From an uncultured Anaerolineales bacterium (GTDB lineage Bacteria; Chloroflexota; Anaerolineae; Epilineales; Epilineaceae): a DNA stretch of 60,611 nucleotides. The position numbers and the translations under genes were made by a program. The stretch spans positions 1 to 60,611 of the forward strand of contig CAYYVH010000001.1 of NCBI GenBank assembly GCA_964475075.1, in the 5' to 3' direction. This document shows positions 16,201-24,545 of this stretch, piece by piece. The first letter of the stretch is position 1; the number at the start of each line of letters is the position of its first letter. Below the pieces are notes generated by a model. It had not been told where the DNA came from. It was given only the letters and a program-made list of their open reading frames with translations, and made no database searches.

Positions 16201-16851
16201 TTCGTCCCCCTCAGCGCACGCACCTTCGGCGTGGATGACCCCCAGACCGTGGAGGACTTCCGTCAGGGAGAGGGCGCTCCGAATGCCGGTCCGCGCTTCG
16301 GGCCCGTGGTCGTGAACGAGCTGATGTATCAACCCGCCGACGGCCGGGCGGAGTTCATCGAGCTCTACAACCTGAGCGCTCGGCCCGTCGCCCTCTTCGA
16401 TCAGGGCCTTCCGGAGAACACCTGGCGCTTCGTGGACGGGATCAGGTATGAGTTTCCGCCGGGGGTCGTGATCCCGGATGGGGGATACCTGCTGGTTGCC
16501 GGCACCGACCCGGACACATTCCGCCGCCAGTACGGCCTGGATGACGGGATCGCCGTCATGGGCCCCTTCGACGGCAAGTTGAACAACGGCGGCGAGCGGG
16601 TCGCGCTCGCCAAGCCCGGTGCGCCGAGTGACGGCGAGTTGCCCTACTACGCCGTCGACTGGCTGGATTACGACGACCGCGAACCGTGGCCGACCCGCGC
16701 CGCCGGTGGCGGTGCCGCGCTGGAGCGGATTTCGCCGTCAGGCTACGGCAACGAGCCACGGAACTGGTCCGCCCTGACCGACGGGGGCACGCCGGGGAGG
16801 GCCAACACGATGCCGGTGATGGTCTATCTACCAGGGCTGCCGAACGGTTGA
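13246..16851 (+). CDS. secreted CotH-family protein with an N-terminal chitobiase/Fn3-associated domain and three lamin-tail (LTD) domains
   Basis: 1201 aa from ATG 13246 (RBS GGAAGGAAGG). Signal peptide. CotH core (FSLHFKSVYG.., HDEWGRR.., LYLNGLYWGLYNVVEEP, ANRDWPHKNWR). LTD-like ITEIMYNPHGGSDYEFIEFQN, VVVNEVLAHS..VEVYN, VVVNELMYQP..EFIELYN. Confidence 0.85.
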   Translation: MTHVIRGRLAGVLLAILAVLARDGAHPAVLADGPGVLRDSYYAVYLPVTVPPVPVVSAAQFSPERGFYEAPIAVTLTTDTPGAVVRYTTDGRAPTADQGTVYSGPVRVATTTVLRAAAFLEGYETSEVTTHSYLFLNDVVRQPAKPTGFPSTWGVFPAGSAAGLAGEPIPADYEMDPRVVNDPRYRDEIADDLTALPTMSVATAPGDMFGASRGIYASPTGEGAAWERPASVELIHPDGRPGFQVNCGIRVAGAWSRLPDGTPKHSFSLHFKSVYGPTKLRYQVFPDVPVSRFDNLRLRGGQADSFPFFPLKAQYVHDEWGRRTQADMGWVSASGIFVHLYLNGLYWGLYNVVEEPTASFAAEHFGGDKDHYDVIKDYHQVEDGDLDAYAALTKTPRMTDLTMRERYERVAQLLDLPQHADYTLVQIYGANRDWPHKNWRAVRHRLLDQGFQFFVWDMEHVVQLWGFDAQGYNADTPGVDGLHGWLKQFPEYRLLFADRVRRHFFDGGALTPTAARDRYRALADVIDGPIVAESARWGDGGPGERTRNENFSIWSHYWKLYGRDYPQNRDDHWRPERDRLLTEFFPVRTRIVLAQLCREGLYPPVAAPAFSQYGGPIRPGFRLAMSPGGAGCAGSRRDGVVYYTTDGSDPRQPWTASGGQPWSGLVSPRARPYTMPVHLAGFTAVKARVLAGGTWSALTEAVFGTPHIAITEIMYNPHGGSDYEFIEFQNREDVAVDLSGMRTEGITTTLPSGARLAPGEHFLLVRDAVAFRDRYPGVVIDGLYEGKLANEGERLRLRDATGDEVVSVTYDNEGFWPLAPDGGGHSLVVENPDGDPNDPENWRASTFIRGSPGEADPPPPYGRVVVNEVLAHSPAPLEDAVEVYNTTASPVDIGGWFLSDDRTEPTKYPIPLGKVVPPGGYAVVFAESFGADPGAGFALSSKGETVVLASATAGGHLTGYLAGATFGLSEEGVSWGRHRTSAGVEFVPLSARTFGVDDPQTVEDFRQGEGAPNAGPRFGPVVVNELMYQPADGRAEFIELYNLSARPVALFDQGLPENTWRFVDGIRYEFPPGVVIPDGGYLLVAGTDPDTFRRQYGLDDGIAVMGPFDGKLNNGGERVALAKPGAPSDGELPYYAVDWLDYDDREPWPTRAAGGGAALERISPSGYGNEPRNWSALTDGGTPGRANTMPVMVYLPGLPNG

Positions 16852-16858
16852 GGGTGCG

Positions 16859-19051
16859 TCAGGGTGTATTGTAGGTGTGCCGAACCACCGTCGACCAATC
16901 GCCTATCACCCACAGCGTCCGCCGTGTTCCCTGGGAGGACGCCCGCAGTGCGCTCACGGGCACGTTGATGACCATGTGCTCGCGCCACGCGGTGCCGTTG
17001 AAGTGGATTACGGCACTGTACTCGCGACCCGGCTCGTAGCCCGGATGGCAGCACACGAAGGCGGCCCAAACGTCGTCGGGGGCGACGGCGATCAGGGCGA
17101 CCAGCCTGGCGCCGAAGGGTAGCGCGTTGGATCCGTCCGCACGGCGCAGTGGCTCGGGGGCGGCGAAGCTCTGCCTGGCGAGAGGGACAATGAAGTTCTC
17201 GCCGGCAGCCCAGGCGGTGCCGGCATCGATGGCGGTCGCGGCGATCAGATTGGCGCCGGGCAGGATCCATTCGGCGGTACAGCCATTGGGCTGCGGTGGC
17301 ACGCAGCCTGGCGCCATTGAGAGGACGACCCCATTCCCGACAGCCCACATGTGGCCGCCGGGTGCTCTCACAATGCCGTTCAGCGCTGTCGGGTCCCGCG
17401 TTCGAGCCCGCTCGCGCCAGGCCTGACCGTCGAACTGCCACACCCGGCCGAAGCCATCGGCGCCCTCACCCGCGGCCCAGACCTCGCCCGCGGCGTTCAC
17501 ATCGACGGCCTGGAACCGGCCGGCCGATGAGTCGGCGCGCGTCACCCAACGCCAGCGCCCGAGGGGGCCGCGCGCCCGAAGGCTGACCGCGTTGTCGCCA
17601 ACCGCCCAGACCTCGCCCGCGGCGGCGTCGAGAGCGTTGAGGCGCGGCAGTGCGCTCGTCCCGCTTCCGGATCCGGCGACCGGGTTCAGGCCGGAGCTGT
17701 CGAGCGTCAGCAGTCGTGAGCCGGCCGCCGTTTCCGCCAGCAACCAGTGGCCGGCCAGTGTTGGGGCAAGGTCCATCAAGCGGTGGCGCCGACGGACGCG
17801 CGTCCACGCGTCCGCAGCGGTGTCGACCGTCCAGACCTCGTCGCCCCAAGCATATACGACGCGCCCGTCGCTCAGCGGCACGATGGCCCTATTCCCATCC
17901 GGCCCACCAGAATCGAGGGCTTCCGGAGGTGTGCCCAGCGGCTCGGGGTCGCTGGCCCCCCTAACGTAGCGGTACAGCAGTGGATCCGGATCCGGGCCTG
18001 GTGAGACGCCGACCCATATCACGGGGTCGCCCCTTTCCGGCACCTGGAGATATACATCCACCAGCTCGCGGCCCGGCCGTTCGAAGCCGGCTGGTTGCCA
18101 GCCTGAGCTCGGGTCGTAGCGCCAGCCCACCAGCGCCAGTTCTGCGGACGGAGCACCCGGTCCCTGGCCGAAGGCCCATCCAGTGCTGCCGTTGTCGGTC
18201 ATGGCCAGCTCGCGGGGATAACCCGTAGCTCGCACTATGCTCTGCCAGCGTGAGTCGTCTGCGCTCCACTGTATGAACTGCCCACCGGAGGGCAGCTCAC
18301 CGCCGACGGCCCATGCCTCGGCGTGCTGCTTCTGGCTGATGAATACCTGCACGTCCGTCAGCGGCGGCAACTGAGTGGCATCGCTCGTCTCGTCGAACCA
18401 CCTGGGGCCCGCCGCATCCTGGCGCAGCGCCCGCAACGCGGCGTGATTCCGCGTTCCCTCCGATTCCTCTCCCACGGCCCACCCATCGCCCCGGTCGGTG
18501 ACATGGACCGATCGCAACACAACCCGGTCGTTCGTGCCGCCATCGGGCTCCACCCAGCAGCCGTGTCCGTAGCGCACGATTACATCCCGGTCACCGACGG
18601 CCCAACCGCAGGGCGGTTGCGGACACGCGCGTGTTTCCCCGCTCTCGATGGACATGTCGTTCAGCCCGACCAGCGCCATGCCCAACTGCGGCGCCCACTC
18701 GGGGACCGTCCGTGCGGAATCGAAGGACGCAAATTTGGCCACCCCGTCGCCGATTGCCAGCACGCCTCCGTCCTCGCTGGCGAACAGGTCGCTCACGCGG
18801 CCGAAGCCACCACAGAGCACAGCCCAGTCCGTCTGGTCCAGGCCGGGGCATTTGGGCACGAATGGCGATGGGGGCGCGCAGCTTTCGCGGTGAGTTACGG
18901 CCACAATGGGCAGATGCACCGTGCGGGCCGGATCGGCCCGGGCGTTCGGGGCGGGCGACCGGGCGGCGGCGACTGCCTCAATGCCCGGCAGAAGGCACAG
19001 TAGTAGGGCTGGACACAGGACCAGGGCGCGGCGCAGCTGGGGTGGCAGCAC
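16859..19051 (-). CDS. secreted beta-propeller-like repeat protein
   Basis: 730 aa. Signal peptide. About 9 recurrences of a [GAVM]W[AV][VAI]G[DEGN] blade-like motif (GWAVGD, GWAVGEE, AWAVGG, VWAVGDN, VWAAGEG, MWAVGNG, AWAAGEN, LWVIGDW). Family not assigned. Confidence 0.7.
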   Translation of the reverse strand: MLPPQLRRALVLCPALLLCLLPGIEAVAAARSPAPNARADPARTVHLPIVAVTHRESCAPPSPFVPKCPGLDQTDWAVLCGGFGRVSDLFASEDGGVLAIGDGVAKFASFDSARTVPEWAPQLGMALVGLNDMSIESGETRACPQPPCGWAVGDRDVIVRYGHGCWVEPDGGTNDRVVLRSVHVTDRGDGWAVGEESEGTRNHAALRALRQDAAGPRWFDETSDATQLPPLTDVQVFISQKQHAEAWAVGGELPSGGQFIQWSADDSRWQSIVRATGYPRELAMTDNGSTGWAFGQGPGAPSAELALVGWRYDPSSGWQPAGFERPGRELVDVYLQVPERGDPVIWVGVSPGPDPDPLLYRYVRGASDPEPLGTPPEALDSGGPDGNRAIVPLSDGRVVYAWGDEVWTVDTAADAWTRVRRRHRLMDLAPTLAGHWLLAETAAGSRLLTLDSSGLNPVAGSGSGTSALPRLNALDAAAGEVWAVGDNAVSLRARGPLGRWRWVTRADSSAGRFQAVDVNAAGEVWAAGEGADGFGRVWQFDGQAWRERARTRDPTALNGIVRAPGGHMWAVGNGVVLSMAPGCVPPQPNGCTAEWILPGANLIAATAIDAGTAWAAGENFIVPLARQSFAAPEPLRRADGSNALPFGARLVALIAVAPDDVWAAFVCCHPGYEPGREYSAVIHFNGTAWREHMVINVPVSALRASSQGTRRTLWVIGDWSTVVRHTYNTP

Positions 19052-19064
19052 CTCGGACCCTACC

Positions 19065-19805
19065 TCAGCTCGTGCTCCCCGTGCCGGCCGTCGGCGTGGC
19101 CGTCGGTGCCTCCGTGGGGCGAGGTGTCGTCGTCGGTCGGCCGGTCTGCGTCGGCTCCGGTGTGGAGGAGGCAGGCAACGCCGGAGGCGATAGCGGCGTG
19201 AGCGTGGCCGTGGGTGCCTCAGCGGTCGGCACCACTGTGTCCGTCGGGTGCTCCCGCTTGGGCTTCGCCCGGTGCGGCTTTTCCTGGGGCGCGTCCCCTG
19301 AGGTTGCTGGTTCCACCACCGGCGAAGGCACGAGCACCGGTGCGGTGTCGGGCAGGCGCGGTGGCTGTGGCGAGGGGGATGCTTCGGGAAGGAGCTCCGG
19401 CACCTCGGACTGGGCCTCGGTGGACGGTGCTGTAGAGATGCCCGCGGGCGCTGAAGGGGGTGGCACGAGGGGCGGTCCCTCGCGCGGTTCGGGAACCGTG
19501 ACGGGTGCCTCGGCCACGGGAGCGAAGCCGCCCAAGACCTGTTGGCGCAAGTCCTGGTTCACCACCAGAGCTGCGGCCAAGGCGGTGCCCATGGCGATGA
19601 TGAATATCGCAATGAGTGCTGGCATGCTGGGCACCGTTGCCCGACCGATGCGCGGCCACGCCAGCGGCCAGGCTCGATGGGTGACGGGGCGGTTCAAGAG
19701 GTCTGCGCGGAGCTGGGCGCGAAACTCGGGCCGCGGACACACGACCTCATCGGCCCCCAGTGTCTCGGCCAAGGGGTCGTGCGGTTCGTAGCCCAGCTTA
19801 CGCAT
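19065..19805 (-). CDS. membrane anti-sigma factor candidate with Pro/Thr-rich extracytoplasmic tail
   Basis: 246 aa from ATG 19805 (8-nt overlap with the sigma gene end). One TM helix (ALIAIFIIAMGTALAAALVV). Called from its position immediately after an ECF sigma gene; no ZAS motif was seen. Confidence 0.6.
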   Translation of the reverse strand: MRKLGYEPHDPLAETLGADEVVCPRPEFRAQLRADLLNRPVTHRAWPLAWPRIGRATVPSMPALIAIFIIAMGTALAAALVVNQDLRQQVLGGFAPVAEAPVTVPEPREGPPLVPPPSAPAGISTAPSTEAQSEVPELLPEASPSPQPPRLPDTAPVLVPSPVVEPATSGDAPQEKPHRAKPKREHPTDTVVPTAEAPTATLTPLSPPALPASSTPEPTQTGRPTTTPRPTEAPTATPTAGTGSTS

Positions 19806-20340
19806 ACCGGGTCGCGACACGGGAATCTCCTTCCAGGTGCTGGCGCAGGCGCTCCCTCGCACGGTGTAGCCGCTTGTGCACAGCGGTGGGTGTGCAGGCC
19901 AAGACGTCGGCGATCTCTGGTGGTGTCATGCCGGCGAAGTAATACAGGCCCAGTACCTCCTGATCAGCTCCCGACAGCTGGCTCAACGCGGCCCGGACCG
20001 CGGCCCGCTCGTCCAGCCGCTCGTGCGGGTCCGTCCTGGCGTGCCGCCTCGTGAACGGCACCAGCTGCCTCAGCTTCTGCTGCCGGTGGTGGTTGGCCAC
20101 CAGATTACCGGCGATGCGGTACAGCCAGGCCGCGAACGGTACACCACGAAGCTCGTAGCTCTCGATTGCGCGCAACGCTCGCTCCCACACCGCGGCCGTC
20201 AGATCCTCGGCCACCGTCTCGTCGCCCACACGACGGGCGATGTAGTGATAGACTGCGTCGACATGCCGATCATATAGTGCGCCAAAGGCCTGACGGTCGG
20301 TTCGCGCCGCTTCAACCAGCCAGTCCTCGTCACGGTGCAA
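19798..20340 (-). CDS. ECF-type RNA polymerase sigma-70 factor
   Basis: Region 2 (FGALYDRHVDAVYHYIARRVGD..AEDLTAAVWERAL) and region 4 (LSGADQEVLGLYYFAGMTPPEIADVLACTPTAVHKRLHRARERL). The TTG 20340 start has the RBS GGAAGGGGAG; GTG 20394 is an alternative. Confidence 0.85.
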   Translation of the reverse strand: MHRDEDWLVEAARTDRQAFGALYDRHVDAVYHYIARRVGDETVAEDLTAAVWERALRAIESYELRGVPFAAWLYRIAGNLVANHHRQQKLRQLVPFTRRHARTDPHERLDERAAVRAALSQLSGADQEVLGLYYFAGMTPPEIADVLACTPTAVHKRLHRARERLRQHLEGDSRVATRYA

Positions 20341-20499
20341 GGTGCTCCCCTTCCGAGATATAAACACGCGAGGCCCGTCTTGCTGACAGGTCACTTTCCG
20401 CGTCTAACCGCGCACCTCTACGGAGGAGTATAGCCGTACGGGCAACCACCCACAAAGAGCCCGATTCCGTTGACGTTTCGCTCCCCATGCCCCGTTCGC

Positions 20500-21993
20500 C
20501 TACTGCTGCCTGGCGAAGAGGATCGAGACGTCGTCCTCGTAGCGCCGCATCCAGTTCGGCGACCTCTCGGCGCGTTCGGCGAGCCCGGCGGTGAGCTGGT
20601 CGTCCTTGGGAAGGAGCAGGTAGTCGATCTCGTACGCTGCCAGGTCCTCTTCCCAAGCCTCGCCGGTGAGGATCTCGAAGTACGTCCGGACGAAGTCCGC
20701 ATCGTACAGATGTACCCGCCCGTCGAAAAAGGCGCGCTGCTGGGGCCAGAGCCGCCAAATCAAGTAGTCCCCGTAGTCCTGCGGATGGAAGGTGTGGCCG
20801 GTGACCTTCTCGCGCCGGAGGTAGTCCATGGCTCTGACCGGGGTGCCAGCCTCGATCAGGTCGGGGCGCAGCGCCTGCAGCCCCAACCGCGGGCGAACCC
20901 AAGGTGAGAGCAGTAGCGTGAACAGCAGCAGGCACCCGACAAGAAGCGTGTTCAACATCGGTAGTTCCGTCGTTCGTTTCCGGGCCGGTGCGTCCGTGGC
21001 AATCTGCCGCACGAGGAGAGGGGTGCCGACCAACGCGAACCAGATGCCGTTTCGTACGGAGGCCAGGCCGAACGCGGCGAAGGCCAGAAACAGAACCAGG
21101 GCGGTCAGGTTCGGACGGCGGCCGTACACGAAACCCAGCAGCACGATGAAAAAGGGACCGAAGAACGTCAGCACGTCGCTGCTGTCCCTGATGCTCGGTG
21201 GTTGCCATTCGGTCACGAACGTCTGTGACGCCGGATCGGCTTGCAGCTGCCGAACGTACTCGTAGACGTGCCAGGTCTCGGGGTTGGCAAGAGCGGCCAG
21301 CGCGGTGACGCCCAGGATGAGCGCCAGCTTCCCGAGTGCAGGCGACCCGGGGGGTGCGCGGTGCGGCCACCCGGCTACCCGGCGGACGCTCTCGGAAGCC
21401 AGCACCAGCCCGATGAGGACCAGCCCGAGCACGAACGCGCCGTGCAGGTTCACCCATGGCACCATCAGCGCCGGCAGCAGCCATAGGCAGTCACGGCGCT
21501 GCTCGATGTAGCCCAACAGGACCCAAACGTACGCAGCGAAGAAGACGAAGGAGAAGACTTGGGCCCGGATGTTGCTGTACAGGCCCAGCACGAGGGCGGC
21601 AAGGAGCAGGCAGAGCGCTACATGTCGACGGTTGGCGTTCGCCTCGAGGCCCGTTCGGTACACGAACAACAGCGCCAGCACGAGCAAGGCCGTGTTGAAC
21701 ACTATCAGCAGCTGAAAGCCGCCGGCGAGATGCACGATGTGGTAGATGACCGCGCTCAGCCAGCCGTATAAAATGAAGGGCCTTCCTGCTTGCGTGAAGG
21801 AGAATAGGTCCTCCCGCGGGATCTGCCCCGACTCGACGATGACCTGCCCCGCCTTGAGCTGCCACCAGAAGTCGAGCCTGCGCAACGGGTGCATGAAGCC
21901 CATCCAGGTGACCATCAACGCCGGCAGCAGCAGCCAGATGTGCACGAGCCTCACTCGCGGATGGCCCGTCTCCGAGTCGCCCGATGTTCCCAT
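20500..21993 (-). CDS. large polytopic membrane protein, putative GT-C-like glycosyltransferase (paralogue of the N-terminal part of 46699-48972)
   Basis: 497 aa from ATG 21993. Contains RRLDFWWQLKAGQVIVESGQIPREDLFSFTQAGRPFILYGWLS, compared with DPDLWWHLRSGEYVVEFGIPDHDPGFSFTAADQKWFMHEWLS in the other copy. At least 10 TM helices and a soluble C-terminal tail. Family not assigned. Confidence 0.65.
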   Translation of the reverse strand: MGTSGDSETGHPRVRLVHIWLLLPALMVTWMGFMHPLRRLDFWWQLKAGQVIVESGQIPREDLFSFTQAGRPFILYGWLSAVIYHIVHLAGGFQLLIVFNTALLVLALLFVYRTGLEANANRRHVALCLLLAALVLGLYSNIRAQVFSFVFFAAYVWVLLGYIEQRRDCLWLLPALMVPWVNLHGAFVLGLVLIGLVLASESVRRVAGWPHRAPPGSPALGKLALILGVTALAALANPETWHVYEYVRQLQADPASQTFVTEWQPPSIRDSSDVLTFFGPFFIVLLGFVYGRRPNLTALVLFLAFAAFGLASVRNGIWFALVGTPLLVRQIATDAPARKRTTELPMLNTLLVGCLLLFTLLLSPWVRPRLGLQALRPDLIEAGTPVRAMDYLRREKVTGHTFHPQDYGDYLIWRLWPQQRAFFDGRVHLYDADFVRTYFEILTGEAWEEDLAAYEIDYLLLPKDDQLTAGLAERAERSPNWMRRYEDDVSILFARQQ

Positions 21994-22221
21994 GGTGTGC
22001 GCTCCGTCCGATGTCCGCCCCCGACCGAATTGTACGGGCGAATTGTTCGCGCTGGTAGTTGCACTCGGCGGGGTAGGTCGCGCGGGTTCTTCCCTGCCGC
22101 GGTTTCCGACTCGCTGACGACTTCTTAGCGTGACCTTAACGTATCTAAACGGCGAATGGTCGTACACTGCATGCGTCGATGCATAGGGCATCGGTCAGAC
22201 TGACCAAGGGGGGTTACCCAA

Positions 22222-22386
22222 ATGCACACGTTGTTCCAGTTCATCCACGATGAGGAAGGTGCCGATCTGGCGGAGTACGCTCTCGTGCTCGTCCTCATCT
22301 CGATCGCGGCCATTGTGGCAATGACGACGCTGGGTGGCCAGATCTCCGCTGTGTTCCAGAAGATCACCGATACCCTGAACTTCTAG
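22222..22386 (+). CDS. flp: Flp family type IVb pilin
   Basis: 54 aa, below the ORF-track cutoff. MHTLFQFIHDEEG/ADLAEYALVLVLISIAAIVAMTTLGGQISAVFQKITDTLNF with the Flp G/xxxxEY processing motif. RBS AAGGGGGG. Confidence 0.9.
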   Translation: MHTLFQFIHDEEGADLAEYALVLVLISIAAIVAMTTLGGQISAVFQKITDTLNF

Positions 22387-22446
22387 ACACTTCGGAACCA
22401 TCGCGAGTGCTATCGGCGACTCACACGCCGCGAGCAAAGCGGCTTG

Positions 22447-22478
22447 CTGGGGGGATCCGCGTCGATGGGTCCCCCCAG
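22447..22478 (+). terminator. strong hairpin after flp (possible attenuator)
   Basis: CTGGGGGGA..(14 nt)..TCCCCCCAG. A 9-bp GC-rich stem with no clear U-tract. Confidence 0.35.
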
Positions 22479-22574
22479 CCGGCTTCTGGGGCCAGGGTTA
22501 ATCAGTAGGTCACCTGCCGGCAACCCGGCACGAAGTGGGCGGGCTGCAGGGTCGTTTCCTCAAGGGGGTCATCC

Positions 22575-23252
22575 ATGCTGAGTGCCCGACGATATATCGG
22601 CATTGCGGCCGTAAGTGCGTTCGCGGCTGCGATGTTGTTCTTCATGTTTCTCCAGCGCTTGAATGCGCGAACGGATGCGGCCATCGCCGAGCGTCGTGAG
22701 GCGGTGGTTGTCGCCAAGCAGGCGGAACCGGGCCAGTTACTGACGGAGGACATGCTAATAGTGAAGAAGGTGTTCCCGGCCAACGTTCCGGAGAGTGCAG
22801 TGACGGATCCGGGCGAGGCGATCGGTAAGACGGCCTCCGTGCGCCTGTACTCCGGCGAGGTGCTCCTGCGCGATCGCCTGGGGGCTGTTAGCCGCGTCAG
22901 TGCTGCCGGTGCCGTGCCGCGGGATCATGTCGCGTTCGCGCTGGCGATCAGGGCGCATACCGGCGTGGCCGGGCTGATAGCGCCCGGCGATAGGATCGAC
23001 CTGCTTGGGGTAGTGTCGGCAGATGACAAAGCACCCGTTCACATCCTGTTGTCCAACATTCGGGTGGTGGGTGAGGCCGGGAGGTCACCCTTGGCCGATC
23101 CGATCGCCCTAAGTGCAGCCACGCCGACACCGGCTCCGACGACCGCGAGCCGGTTGCTCATTCTCGACCTGGAGCCGGAGCAGGCCGAGACCCTGGCCGA
23201 CGCGCTCGAGACGAGCACCGTGTACGTGGCACTACGATCGAGTAGGCGGTAG
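22575..23252 (+). CDS. cpaB: Flp pilus assembly protein CpaB/RcpC
   Basis: 225 aa. N-terminal TM helix. SAF-like region (VVVAKQAEPGQLLTEDML..) and C-terminal domain (GDRIDLLGV..LLSNIRVV). Confidence 0.85.
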   Translation: MLSARRYIGIAAVSAFAAAMLFFMFLQRLNARTDAAIAERREAVVVAKQAEPGQLLTEDMLIVKKVFPANVPESAVTDPGEAIGKTASVRLYSGEVLLRDRLGAVSRVSAAGAVPRDHVAFALAIRAHTGVAGLIAPGDRIDLLGVVSADDKAPVHILLSNIRVVGEAGRSPLADPIALSAATPTPAPTTASRLLILDLEPEQAETLADALETSTVYVALRSSRR

Positions 23253-23255
23253 GCG

Positions 23256-24545
23256 ATGGCAAAATCGACGAACGGTTCAAGTCGGAAAACTGCGGACGGA
23301 GGGAGAATCCGCACCCTGGTGGCAGCGGGCGATGCCCGCACCCAGGCTGTTTTGCTGTCCGCGGTCAAGGGGGCCGGTGATGTTGAGATCGTCGGCGTGA
23401 CAACCGATGCCGATGTCGCGCTGAAGGTGGTGCGCCAACGCCGGCCCGAAGTGGTCATTGTGTCCCTCAATCTGGAGCCCATCTCCGGTACCGACCTGAC
23501 ACGCGAGCTCCAGCTGGAGTTCGGCGGCATTGCCGTGATCATCGTTGCCGAGCAGTCGGGGCTGGGAGCCTTCAAGTCGGCCATGCACGTCGGCGCCAGC
23601 GATTTCCTCGTGATGCCGTTCGAGGGTGACGAACTGCCGGCAGCTGTGCGGCGGGCCCACCACTTCATGCGCGAGCGGTCCGAGCGCGGGCAACCGGTGT
23701 CCTCGGGAGGCCGGGTAGCCGTCGACGGCCGGATGGTGGTTATCTGCGGCGCGAAGGGAGGCGCTGGCAAGACGGTGCTGTCCACGGGCGTGGCGGCCAC
23801 GGCCGCCCGGCATTTCCCCGGCCAGGTTTCGCTTCTCGACCTCGATCTTCAGTTCGGCGATGTCGATCTGTTCTTCAATCTGGAGGGCGATCGCAACTTG
23901 CGCAGCTTGGGCCCGGTGCTGCAGGAGCTCGACCGCGAGGCCGTGAACTCGGTCGTCCAGACGACCTCGACCGGCCTGCGCGTGCTCTTGCCGCCCGCCT
24001 GGCCAGAGGACGCCGAGATGTTCCACGCCGAGGATCTATCGGCTTTGTTGCTGTTCTTCAAGCGCACCTGCCCGTTGACGATCGTCGACACCGGTGGGCG
24101 TTTGGACCCGTCGCTGCTGGCTGCCTCGCAAGATGCGGACCTGCTGCTGCTGGTGACCACGCCGGAGCTGCCGGCGATGCGCGACACGGCCAAGATGTTG
24201 GCCTCCTTTGGCCGACAAGACATCTCTCCGGACCGGCTGGCGGTGGTGGTGAACCATGCTACGCGCTCGCGGGGCTTCAACGCCTCGACAGTGGCGCGTA
24301 CGCTGGGCCAGGAGCCGCTGGCGGTACTGCCGTTCGACGCCGGTGCGTTGGATCGGGCGGCCAATCGTGGCGCCCCGGTCGGTGGTGGATCCAGCCGTGG
24401 TGGCCTGACGGATGCGATCGACCGGCTGACGGAAGCCGTTGTCGACCGCCTTGACAGTCCCCATCTGGGGACAGGACGGACCGGTGGGACGGCGAATGGG
24501 CGCCGCCGCGGACGGCGAAGACTGATTCCTGCGTTGGCCAAATGA
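23256..24545 (+). CDS. cpaE: TadZ/CpaE-like pilus localisation ATPase with atypical receiver domain
   Basis: 429 aa. The N-terminal REC-like fold has Ser at the expected phospho-acceptor position (EVVIVSLNLEP). ParA/MinD deviant Walker A is VVICGAKGGAGKT. Confidence 0.85.
   Translation: MAKSTNGSSRKTADGGRIRTLVAAGDARTQAVLLSAVKGAGDVEIVGVTTDADVALKVVRQRRPEVVIVSLNLEPISGTDLTRELQLEFGGIAVIIVAEQSGLGAFKSAMHVGASDFLVMPFEGDELPAAVRRAHHFMRERSERGQPVSSGGRVAVDGRMVVICGAKGGAGKTVLSTGVAATAARHFPGQVSLLDLDLQFGDVDLFFNLEGDRNLRSLGPVLQELDREAVNSVVQTTSTGLRVLLPPAWPEDAEMFHAEDLSALLLFFKRTCPLTIVDTGGRLDPSLLAASQDADLLLLVTTPELPAMRDTAKMLASFGRQDISPDRLAVVVNHATRSRGFNASTVARTLGQEPLAVLPFDAGALDRAANRGAPVGGGSSRGGLTDAIDRLTEAVVDRLDSPHLGTGRTGGTANGRRRGRRRLIPALAK

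Noticed and set aside
12994-16332. 1112-aa minus-strand ORF, the longest in its region
   Set aside because: It is antisense to the well-supported CotH/LTD gene. The product is Arg/Gly/Pro/His-rich low-complexity sequence with no recognisable motif. This is the usual shadow ORF of high-GC DNA.
22130-22221. c-di-GMP riboswitch upstream of flp
   Set aside because: The leader has small hairpins and a GGTCAG-A-CTGACC palindrome (22193-22205), but none of the conserved GEMM-I/II core sequences I know.
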